Shown here: piece by piece, positions 11,080-23,000 of the stretch
How the letters are laid out: the number at the start of each line of letters is the position of its first letter
How positions within the stretch are numbered: the first letter of the stretch is position 1
Assembly (NCBI GenBank): GCA_002633005.1
Contig: NMRA01000343.1
Location: 270,240 to 334,239, forward strand
Direction: 5' to 3'
DNA length: 64,000 bases
From: Phoronis australis
Taxonomy: Eukaryota > Animalia > Phoronida
Notes under the pieces: model-generated
Told to the model about the DNA's origin: nothing
The model's input: the letters and a program-made list of their open reading frames with translations, nothing else
The model's database searches: none
Program-made: the position numbers and the translations under genes

Positions 11080-14000
11080 GCACTTAGCATAGATGAACGA
11101 GGTACCAAAATCTGACCACGGGAGCATTTAGAGTCCACCGTTGTCTGCACTCTGGGTGTGACCCCTGGGGGCCTTACAAAGGGCCCAGGAAATGAGCTAG
11201 ACTAGATATTCGAGATACCGGCCAAAACTGATTTTAAACGAACAATAGTACCGCACTGAACACCAAATGACCAATGACAGACAAATTGCACTCTGGAATG
11301 GATCCGGAAGAAACCAAAAAAGGACGCCCAAAAAATGAGATAGCACATACATTCGAGGTACCACACAAAACCAATTCCATATGATTCAATACATGTCACA
11401 GATCACTAAAACCCCTATGACAGACAAAATACACTCTGGGGTGTGCCCGGCAGAAACCCCCAAAAATCTCAACCACAGTATGCCATCAAAATTTGATCTA
11501 GACTAGATTTTCGAGGGAGGTACCGGCCAAAACTGATTTAAAACGAACAATTACCGCACTGAACATTGAATGACCCATGACAGACAAACTGCACTCTGGA
11601 ATGGGTCCGGCAGAAACCAAAAAAGACCCGCTAAAATGAGCTAGCACATACATTCGGGATTCCATAAAATACATGTCCGGTCACTAAATGTTCTATGACC
11701 GGCAGACATAATACACTCTGGATTGTGCTTGGCAGAAATCCTCAAAAATCTCAACCACGGTATGCCATTTTTGAGATTTTCAAGGTATCGGCTAAAACTG
11801 ATTTAAAACCAACAATCGTGCTGCACTGAACACCCAATGACCCGTGAAAGACAAATTTTACTCTGGAAATAGTCAGACAGAAACCCAGAAAGGACCTTAA
11901 AAATGGAGCTACAATTGTCCATGCAGCTTTACCCTGCTAGTTCATTGACAAGTACTCGGGTGGGAAATCCAAACAACTGGACAACAAGATGTTAAATATT
12001 GCACCACGGAAATCGAAGTACACATATTCTAAATTGGTGACAAAAGTGGTGTATTCAATAAGTTAACTGCAAAAAGCGGGACCGCAGGAAACAAAAAAAA
12101 AATAATTATAGAAAACTTTCGTTCACTAAAGCTTGTGTGTACTCTCATGATCACTACAAGCGAAAAGCAGACGGGTGTCAAGATGTAAGACAGTTAACTC
12201 GCCTAGTGGTAAGTTTTTGAAGAAATATTTTTATGAAGTGGAAATTCAGTGTAGTGTATAGTGTTTGCAATGTTTTAGTTTCGCGGAGTCATTTGTCGAT
12301 GGCCGATATAATGTCTTCCGCGATAAAATACAAATCACCCCTAATTGGGTGCGCAGCCACGCGGTGGAGTCCCAATGCTATTTAAATAAATATATAACCA
12401 TCGACGTGTTTCGGTAATAAGGGTTCTCGCTGCAGGAACAAGCCACCCCATTTAGCGAAGTGGGCAAAAAGGTCCGCCTCAGATAATCAAAAAGTCCGTG
12501 GAAACGAGACAAAATTCCACTAAAAATGAGCAGACGCACAGTTCACAGTTCTGAAGGTGGTACCCCGTTTTTTTAGTCCTCCAGGTTTTTTCTGTTAGCA
12601 AAAGGTCCACTTGGTCAGAAATTCGAGCCCCCTATACTAGAGGCTGGGTGCGCGCATGGGTTTTATGTTTTTGTTCGTCAGCTTTTAGACAACTGGTCCC
12701 TCGTCAATAAAATTTTCTCCGATGTCCAACATCAAGAAGATTAACTGCGCATTGCTTCCTCCTTGCCGAAAGACTATTGAACAAGCTCGAACGAGCCCAT
12801 TATCTTGCCTTGCTCTGGGGCCAAGTGGATTCGGCCGATCCGAGAAACGGTTTGGATCCTCTTACCTACGGTTGGAAGATACAAGATGGATACTACACTC
12901 CCAAATGGTTTTGTGGATATACCGTTCCTGATGTCCTTTAAACATATAGTAGCTTGATGTTCTTGTCGATACAGTGATTTTGACTATCTGTTACTATGCT
13001 GTTTGAAAGTTTTGCACTATGATTTCATGTAGTTTATTTTGATTAAAGAAGGTTTTTAAAAACACGACTGTTACTTTTCTTTCAACGTATTGTTTAGTAG
13101 TCAATGGGATGAAAAGGCTCATTGGAAATAATTTTCGTGGTTCCTCGATCTAGTGCAAATTTAGGGGCCATGTGTTGTCGCTGACATATCCTTTCTGCTG
13201 GCAGTTTTGATAGCGTGTTATATTTTAAACGATCTGCGTTCTTAAACTTCACTGAGTGGGTTGGTTTTGACAGTTCCTGGTATCCCAAAGTTTTACTGTT
13301 ATCAGGTACTTTCCAAAATGCTTACTCTTCGCCATCATCCATTTGACAACCAGTGCCGGTGAGAGCTCAGTAGACGCAAAAGTACAAACTCATTATCTAA
13401 TATGTCATGTATTTTCAAAATTACTTACCGGTAGTTGAGATTTCTGGGGCTGGCGAGCACAACCCACACTAGATTTTAAGTGTCATAGCGTATTTGGTAA
13501 CCAGTAACATCTATTTGAATCATATGGAATTGTTTACTGTGGTACCCCGAATGATAACGTAGCTTCTTTTACGGTCGTAATTTAGTTTCTGGCGAACGCC
13601 TGTCTGTCATGGGTCATCTGGTGGATTATTGGTTTTAAGTCAGTTTTAGCTGGTACCTCGGGTAAACGGCCGCCCAGTATTCCAGGCACAATCTAGATTG
13701 TATTTTGTCTGTCATAGGGCATTTAGTGACCTGTAACATGTATTGAATCTCATGGAATTGGTTTTGTGTAGTACCTCAAATGTATGGGGTCCATTTTTGA
13801 TTTCTGCCGGACCTATTCCAGAGTGCAATGATTTGTCTGTCATGGGTCATTTGGTGTTCAGTGCGGTACTATTGATCGTTTAAAATTAGTTTTGGCCAGT
13901 ACCTCGAAAATCTAGTCTAGCTCAAATTTTTGATGGCATACCGTGGTTGAGATTTTTGGGGGTTTCTGTTGGGCACAAACCAGAGCCTGTAATTTGTCTG

Positions 14001-14374
14001 TCACCTGGCATTTAGTGATCTGTGACATGTATATCATGGAATTGGTTTTGTGTGCCATGGTACTGACCTCGAATGTATGTGCTAGCTCATTTTTGGGGGT
14101 CCTTTTTTGGTTTCTGCAGGACCCATTCCAGAGTGCAATTTGTCTGTCATGGGTCATTCGGTGTTCAGTGCGGTACTATTGTTCGTTTTAAATCAGTTTT
14201 GGTTGGTACCTCGAATATGAGTCTATGAGCTCAAACTTGGGCCTCTTTGTAAGGCCCCCAGGGGTCACACCCAGAGTGCAGACACCGGCAGACGTCCATT
14301 TCTGTACATACTGAGGTGGACTCTAAGTGCTCCTATGGTCAGATGTTGGTACCTCGTTCATCTATGCTAAGTGC
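11080..14374. mobile_element. Non-autonomous DNA transposon with long (~850 bp) inverted arms built from ~300-bp subrepeats (foldback-like; possibly Academ-related)
   Basis: GCACTTAGCATAGATGAACGAGGTACCAA at 11080 is the reverse complement of 14346-14374. Arms 11080..~11910 and ~13430..14374 mirror each other. Subrepeat starts at ~11200, 11501 and 11773. No clear TSD. Confidence 0.8.
12700..12941 (+). pseudogene. Transposase C-terminal remnant inside the inverted-repeat element
   Basis: With one frameshift reads IKKINCALLPPCRKT/LNKLERAHYLALLWGQVDSADPRNGLDPLTYGWKIQDGYYTPKWFCGYTVPD. This fits the LPPC..L..RA.Y.A..W...P..YGW...P.WF.G..P pattern I recall following the XPG/PIN-like domain of AcademX-type transposases. 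Confidence 0.6.
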
Positions 14375-14439
14375 TCTGGGCTGCCGCCGGTCTAATACTC
14401 TCATTTCACCATTCTGCTGCTTTGAAGAACACCAACTGC

Positions 14440-14640
14440 TGTGGACGCGGAATGTGACGGAAATACCCGAATAGCCATTCACACATGCGCAGATGACAGT
14501 ACCGAACCCGCCATTATAAAATTAGTCACGGAAAAACCCAAATTCCAGAAGAACCGGATAGAAGCAGTTTGAACCATGGAAATTTCCAGCTTGGTGTCTT
14601 AAAAGCATAGAAATAAACAAACCAAGCTCAATTTAGAACG
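14440..14640 (+). promoter_or_regulatory. Candidate NUP98-96 promoter / first non-coding exon
   Basis: Three CGGAA (ETS-like) sites at ~14448, 14458 and 14530, CATGCGCA (NRF1-like) at ~14484, and a possible donor AACG|GTAACG at 14640. The first coding exon has an acceptor (TTTTTAAAG at 17052) upstream of its ATG, so an upstream UTR exon is expected. The location is inference. Confidence 0.3.
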
Positions 14641-17087
14641 GTAACGTATGCCAGTTGTGTGATCTATTGTGTTATCTTAACTCCGTAGTTTCAACGTTGT
14701 AGCCTACGACACACTTCGCTTCGCAGAGTTGGACGTGAATGGACAATGGTTCAATGGTTATGATGGATTCGACCATTCTCCGCATGAAGTTAAACAGATC
14801 CTGCTTATTCAGGTTGCCAGTCTCTGAAATTCTAACTTATTCGGGAATTGATCCTTGTAAATGTTTCGAATCTGAACAGTGATTGTCATCAATACGCAAC
14901 GGGGAACGGAGGGTTAAATTCGCAACGGATCAAGTCGGATTGGTCAGGTCCTTAAATTTAAAATTGATTTGAGAACCAGTTACTATGACTCAATAACGAT
15001 TGGTATTCAGTGGGAGTAAATGGTTCTCAAACCAGAGACCTGTGAATTCGACTTTTACAGATTTACGTATTGCTGGTTGACTTGAACTCAATGTAAGAAT
15101 GGTGAGTTGTCGAAGGACTGCTTGAAGAAACCGTTTGATTACCTGGAGTATTTGTTCGGGTTAGAAGGAATTGGAATCGACGGCCTCCTATGGTGTCCCT
15201 CTATGGGCAAAAGATACTACAACAATGTGACATTGATGTTTAAATCAGTTTGAGGCATAATTTGCAGAAAAGCTTTTGGCATATGGGGAAGCACCCATAG
15301 AAGCTTCACCATCTGTATTGGGGCCAGCTAGAGATGGTGGTCACTGTCTAGTGCTTATGTAGCATTCCTAAATTTTGTCAGTTTTTGCAATCCATTGAAT
15401 ACGATGCAAAAACAATCCAAAATTGGTCAGTCCAGGATAAAATACTGGAAGCTTATGACAGATCCAATTGTTAGGGGAATGGTCGAATAAAAAGGCGTTG
15501 GAAGAAAATGCAATGCTTCCATTATATTATAAACTAAAGTGCTGCGCACCAATTCACATTTGGGTCTTTAGACACTTTCTGCTTAACTGAGGGTGCAGAG
15601 TGCTCCTGGCCTTGTTAAGACTCTACACCTATGAGCCAGAGACCTGAGTTTGAAACTGCTTAATCAATAAGCTTTCTGATTATCTTCAAGACGAGAATTG
15701 GGATTGGAAATGGTAGGAGTCGGCCACAAGTGGAGCTGATAAATGTTTTATGTCGTTTACTCTGTAGAAGGTTGAATGTCGTTGGCTTGATATTTTAGTG
15801 GAGTGTTTAAGTTAGCACACTAACCAACCAGTACATCAATTAACAGTTTAGGGGAGTATGTGCTGGAGCTGATCACCCTTACATGTTCATCTGTCTAACT
15901 TGTATACTATGTAATGACTAAATGTAAAGCGGCTATGAACAGGCCTTCCATTCGATTAAGACTACTTATGGTTACAAAGTAGGTCTCAATTTGTTTCATA
16001 GTCAAGAATAATTGATTTGAGGGCTTTGAACAACGTGACAGTTCATGATTGTGTGAAACCAGGCTCTAGTAGTAGGCCGTATACGGCGGGTCATTTAATG
16101 TGCCTTGCATGTTTTAAGGAATAACAAGCTGTTAGTGCCTTGCATGTTTCAAGGAATAACAAGCTGTTAGTCCTTTGCAAACTCAGACCTCACTTTTCGT
16201 TTTAGTTAGCAACAAATTGAGACCACTTTTGTAGTGGTAGGGTGACGGGAATGTGGGTTTATATACGATTCGGCAATAGTCGGATATAATGTGTTCGTAT
16301 TTTGAGAACCAGTTTGATGCCTCTTATTCAGTGGAGAAAACTGGTTCTGGTTGGACACGTTATATCCACCCATTACATGTGATTCAATTTTTAACTGTTG
16401 ATAAAACTGATTAGTTGCTCGGACGTGTTTAGTCTTACACATGCTCAGTCAAATGATCACGAAATAAGCTGTGTGACACTTGTTATCTGATAGTCATTAT
16501 CACACAATACAGGTTGTTTTGCATGCAGCCAGATTTTCTATACTGGTAGAGCAACTCAAAAGGCAACTCAGTCACTGACGGTCAGTTGTGTTTATCATTA
16601 TAATAAAATCTCACCGGAAAGAATAAATGCCAAATTTTTTTTCACTTTTTTAGAGCAATTTTGAACATTGTGACTGCCAAAATGTCTCGTTATAGCTATG
16701 ATTCTACTCATTTTTTTGGAAAAAATAAAAAGTAAAATTTTACTTGGTCACCATATTGTGTCCTAAATTGGTGAGATTTTATTATGTTTTCTGTGGTAGC
16801 GTTCTGTTGACCAAGTTTTTTTGTGAGAATAATGGAATCACATTAGACCTTGCAAAATAATGTTTCATGAGTATACTCCAGACCTTACTAGGTAACGTGG
16901 CGAAATGGCAGCCACTCAAGTGAATGGTTGTTGAGGCTGCAATTATTAAATAGAATTCGTAATTTATTGAATAGAATTTTTGTCGCCAATGCACGCTAAA
17001 CATGCAAAATGCAGGCCTCGTCTTACATAGCAATCTCTGTTCTTTTTTAAAGATTGAGAATACCAGAAAAAGGAAGCACAAGAAAGG

Positions 17088-20000
17088 ATGTTTGGACAAA
17101 CCAAGCCATTCAGTTTTGGAAGTACAGGAAGTATGTTTTACTTTATACTTGTTTAGTGTGTGGTGGGTGTGTTAGTCTGTATATAGTTAGTGGTAAGTGT
17201 GTTAGTTTGTATTTAGTTAGTGGTAGGTATATTAGTGAGTATGGACACCCACATCTTAATTAGTTTTGCGATGGTTTCTAATACCAGAAGCTGTCGAAGG
17301 TTGTAGATTTAAATAAAATTTTCATTTTTTGATGCTAAAGTGCTCTAAATATTAAATGGATATATGTATATAATCTAGCTATCATTACATATGCAAATCT
17401 CACTTCTGTACATCTTTTTTTAACTTCATTTATTGCCAGCTGTGAATGTTATGATGCTTCATAAAGTAACCTATTAAAAGTATCTGAAAAGTGTATTTTT
17501 CATTGCCTTTATACATGAATAACTGTCCATTAGATGTTTCATCTGTTTCTCTGCATCGGTTTTTCAGGTGGGTTTGGTGGCCAGGCGGCGACCACCTTTG
17601 GAACTGCCACCCAGCCGACGTTTGGTTCCTTCGGCTCACAGAACCAGCAAAACAGCATGTTTGGTAGTGCCGCGAACACCACAGGTTCAAGTCTTTTTGG
17701 CAGTACCACACCAGCGTTTGGTAGCAGCACTGGCACACAGTCAACAGGGTTCTGTGAGTAGTCTACTACACTTTGCTGTTAGTTGGTTGTATTCATACAT
17801 TGTCAGTTGGTAGGAACGCCATCATTCAACCGGGTGTATTGAGTAGCTTACTGACGCTTGTCAGCTAGTTGAGTTCGGACGTTGTTGGTTCACACAAAAT
17901 TGCTGAAATGAAGATCTGCAGGAAGTTGAAGTCGCTCATTATTTGACTGTCAAATTTGTGAAGTAGCTTTAACGCAGACATTTTGTGTAAGCCCCTAATG
18001 AAAAATTTTGTTATTTCTTTGGGCCATTGGAAATAGGCTCTTTAACAATGCAGTTCTTGTATCAATGCAGGCACGTTTAAAATTGTTTTGTCTTGCAATA
18101 CTGAATACCAGGCTAATGATCATTTTTTGCAATACTTGCTGTGCTATTGAAGGTTATCTTGGTACTGATTATTATGTTAACGGGTTCATGTGTTATTCAC
18201 TACAGCTTTTGGCCAGACAGCTACTCCACAAAGCGGAGGACTGTTCGGTAGTAATCAAACAGGGGGACTGTTTGCAACGCCTGCCACAAAGACATCGACA
18301 TTTGGAGGTTTGTTTCAAGCATTTGTTATCCACATGCCAGTAATATTGATTTAGAATTAGAATCATTTCATCATTTTGTGACGTTTCTTCACTCATGCAT
18401 GGATCTGCTTGCGGTCAACCATTGTGACAGGATTCTGGCTTTGGTCACTTATTATAACCAGGAATTCTGGGCCATTTTGTACAGTTATCTTTTACAAGCT
18501 GTGTACTGATGATTGAGTTAATTTCTGTTGTTAAAAAGTAAGTTTTGTGGTCTATTGGTAATGCTGGAGGATTATTCTTGCGTCAGGGATACGCAGGTGT
18601 TAAGAAATTGTACCATGTGATAGCTGCCTATATAAATACAAGTATGAGAGGGAAAAGCCGCAGTAACTTGAATTACTGCGGCGAGAACTGGATATCTTGC
18701 ATTTTTTGTTTCGAGATCTGTGATAAATTATGTTGAAGTGATTAAGTTGTAAATGCAGATCGGGTGATATTTTGATGAGAAATGTGAGTCTCTCAGCCAG
18801 CGCTCTAAAGTAAACCATACTGGTTGCTTACCAGTCTGTTTTTAGGGAAAGGGAATTTTTGTACCGAGATTTACAAAGGAATCGTCTTATTGTAAATAAT
18901 GGTGTTCTTGCTGTTCGCAGGCTTCGGTAATAACACATCCACATCTACGAGTCTGTTTGGTGGTACCAGTACCAGCACTGGCAGCAAGTTGTTTGGTGGA
19001 TCGGGCACCACGTCCAATTTATTTGGAACAGCAACTAGTAAGTGTCTTATAGTTATTGCAAATGACCTTTAACTTTCGCCCTTTGCTCTTGATGGAACTA
19101 CACGCGCAGAGCTTCTTGCTTGGATAAAAAATTTATCTTCAAACTTTTTTATTGGATTAGTATGTTGTTTATAAATAATTGATACTGTCTTGAAATAGCA
19201 TTATTTGAGTATTAGCTTTGAATTATGTAGTTTTGGATTTAATCAATTGGAAATCAAATGTTCAGGTCAGCTGTGCATCTCGTATTGTTTCCGTGGAAGG
19301 CTCCGCGTTAATATGTGGATGGGAATTTCCCCAAACCGGTTTGAACCGGTTCTGCATGGTTCTACGTGATACGTCATTTGTAGCCGGTGGGCCTTGTTGT
19401 TGGGTTTTCCCCTGTTTCCAGATATAGAATTCAGTACCGACGGTCGGCTGCACTGTAATGGAATATTCCACTGCATCTGGCTGGCGCCGGTTTTGCATAA
19501 TGCGTCGAGCACTTGATGTCTGCACCTTAATACTGGGATTTTCCAGTAATTTGTTGTTATAAGTAAACGATAGTTTGGTGGACTTAGAAAACACATGCAG
19601 CGACTGCTGTTCTTGTAAGCATTTGATTTTTGGCTTGGGTACAATAGAGCCATAGCTGTAGGCCTGTAAGCTCTATTGATGATCCATGCATATGTGTCAT
19701 TGTTCAAAGATAAAGCTTCATGTTTACTTCATTTTGCAACAAACATTACCATACTGTGTTACTCTGGGCAGGAAAGACTAGCATGTTAATTTTAGGGCTT
19801 GGAATTTAACTTTTTAAAGAGGGTTTCCTCTTTTTTGGTTTCAATTTCCTCTTATTTGATTTCTAGTTTCCTCTTTTTTGTCTCTTTTCATTATTATTTT
19901 GATTTTACTCATGCAAAAAATTTATTCCAGTTAAATTTTACAACAAAAATATTTCTGTCACGTAAGCCAATGTATTAGTGGATACGTCACCAGAAAAAAT

Positions 20001-23000
20001 CTTCCTCTTTTTAGTCATTAGTCATTCCAAGCTCTGTAATGTGGACATCGATGAATATAGGAAAATGACTGAACCGCTATGGGAAAAGTGCTCAGGGAAA
20101 ATCTTGTTTTCATCTTCACTAATGTGATGATGTATAAGGCAGGATTCAGGGGCTTGACGCATTGGGTTGAAATTTAAACTTGCAAAAACAGTTTTTATTT
20201 GCCACTTTAAAAGCAGTTCTTCCTGTGTTGTTTTAGGGTTTCTGAACTCCAAAAGAGAGTGATGTTTTCCTTGTTTTTTTTCTGACCTGTTTTTTTCTTC
20301 ATAGCCTTTGGTACCACAGCACTCAATGGAACAACGGTGAAGTTCAACCCGCCGTCTGGTAGCGATACTATGCTCAAGAATGGAATATCAACCAGTATCT
20401 CAACCAAACACCAATGCATTACAGCAATGAAAGAATACGAGACCAAGAGCTTGGAGGTAATGTTTTATGCTGTCAAGAACATGTTACGTAATTAAGCTGT
20501 TTGTCAAGTAAACAACTTTTGATTTAGGCTACTTAGCAAGTCCCTTGGTGCCTCAATTTTGCGGCCAAATATCGGACTCATTCTCAGGGCTGCCAACTGT
20601 AATGGATTTATCCGGATTTTACGTACTTTTAGGGCCTGAAAAATCATTATGCACAGATTTTCAGATGTTAAGGATTTTGATAAGTCGTCAGTGTTTCGAA
20701 GCTCCTGATCAGCGAAGATCGAAGCAGGAAGCACCACAAAGTGATGAAAATTACCGTGAACACATGATCCGACCAATAAGACATATCCTGAGTACCAGTG
20801 TAGAATGCAATTTGCCTATGAAAATTCCCTTTTGTGATTGGTCAGTTGGAATTTTTTGTGAATGACTAGCCAATGAAAAATGCGCGTACTTGGTTTTGCA
20901 GAGTGGACATTGCCGTGTTGATGAAAAATGCAGCTTGTCCAATATTTGAGAAAAATGCGAAAAACCGCCTGTGTCCCAATGTTCAGAATTAAGAAAATCC
21001 AATTTTGGCTTGAATTTTGGTGTTCGAAATTTTAGAGAATGTACCGAACTGGAGAATTTTTACCGTACTTGATCCTGATGCACTCTAAACTGTGACATGG
21101 CCGAAACCAGTTCAACTTTGAACTGTTTTGTATTGCAGTGGTTGAATTCTTGCAGGCTCTGCAGAGTTATAGATAGTTGTTTAAACTGTATTTCGTGTTG
21201 TTCAACTCCATGAAGCCGTGCCTCATGGTATGTAAAACTTGATACTTATTGCTTTTTTTACTCCAGGAACTCCGAGTTGAGGACTATTTGGCTAATCGTA
21301 AAGGGCCCACAACCACAGGGACTGGATCACTGTTTGGCACCGGCACTCAGGCCATGCCTGCATTTGGAGGTGGAACCACAGGGTTCTCGCTAAGTACCCC
21401 CGCCACTAAGTCCGGATTTGGAGGTAATGCATTATAAATTTTACAGGCTTTTAAAGCGTGTGTCTCTTCATCTAGCGTTTGATGTAATATTTGGAACTGT
21501 GCCTGCATGTCACACATGTCAACAATAGACGATTAGGCCGTCCAATGAAATATTTTCTTTTCATTTGCTTCCCCCCTGACTTCACTGGGATGGGTTGGCA
21601 GATTGGCAAAATGTTTATTTTTTTAATTGTCGTGGCTTGCTCAACTTTTTTCTGAAGGGGAAATATTTCATTTCTATAATCATAAAAATCTTTGGTCAGA
21701 TTGCAATTAAGAAATGTTTTGGGCTCCGCACCTATTTTACGCTTGGTCGCATGAAGCAAACTATAATCTATGCCCTATCCCCTTGCAGGTTTTGGTGGAT
21801 TTGCCGCCACAGCGACTACTGGTCCACAGACCAACATATTTGGTGGTACGCAGCAGAAATCATTGTTTGGCTCTGCAGCCACCACCACCAGCACAGCATC
21901 AACAGGATTTGGCGGGTTCATTGGTGGAGGCACAAATCTGTTTGCCAATAGCATTAAGGTAGGCTGTGGGTCGTAGGAAGGGCAAGTATTTCATCATTTG
22001 TTGAAGGACTTTTGTATGTGTATACATGTTTTTGTCTCTAGGTGTCTTAAGAAGTGTGCTTGTGGGAATTTAGGCATTTTTTCAGTTATAGCATATTGAG
22101 TTCTTACTAAAGTGGTGTGTTCAACTTTGTTTTCTGTTTAGTTAGTTTTGTTTTTGTCTCAAAGGGGAATATTGCCTTCTTTGACAGCGCTTATGGTCAA
22201 TTTCAGATACTTTTATTATGTAAACTATTCAAGATATTTTTAATTGATTTTTATAAAAACGGTACTATTAGCTGTGATAATGTGAGCAAGTGGCACAATA
22301 TAAGCAGAATATGTCTGACCAGATAAATTACCATTGGTTTTAATTATTACGTGTTTCCGGCAACTTTACGGAGGTTAAAGGCAGTTATGTAACGGGGGCT
22401 GTGTCTGAAAATCTGCTTGTGTCTGCCATTGCGTTCTGTTACTAAGAAGCTTGTACACATCTTTACACAATGACTTCCGGAACTTGCTCAGTGCGTCACC
22501 ACGTCCGACTTAAGCTATTTTCCTCAATTTCCTTTTTATAGAAACTGACGGAAAAATTTAAAAATGTCATAGGAAGCAGACATGTCGTATTGACCAAAAG
22601 TTCCTTCAAAAAAGAAGCATTACCGTTTAATGGGTCAATTCTTTGCCCTATGTTGAGTTTTGATTTAAAAAACAACTGTTCAATGAATTGAGTGGTGGAT
22701 AATAAATAAAGCAAAAGGTGCTATGACTCTCAGCTGTATGCTGATTAGCTTTTGTCAAGTTATGTCTTGCTCCTGGTCAATTTTTTGTTACCTTTCAGCC
22801 TGCGTTTGGGGGTACGACCACTGGCTTTGGCACGTCAACGAATAACACCTTTGGTGGCACCAGCACAGGCTTTGGCGGATTTGGCTCTGGGACAAACACT
22901 GTAAGTGACTGTGTTATTATTGGTGCGTTGATGATGTAGGTGCTCTGTTGCAGTGAATCCTTGGGATTGAGGTTGCCACAAACACCGTTTTTTGTTGAAA

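Noticed and set aside
11200-11910. Regularly spaced repeats suggestive of a CRISPR-like array
   Set aside because: Whole units are repeated with no unique spacers, there are no cas genes, and the context is eukaryotic. They are transposon subterminal repeats.
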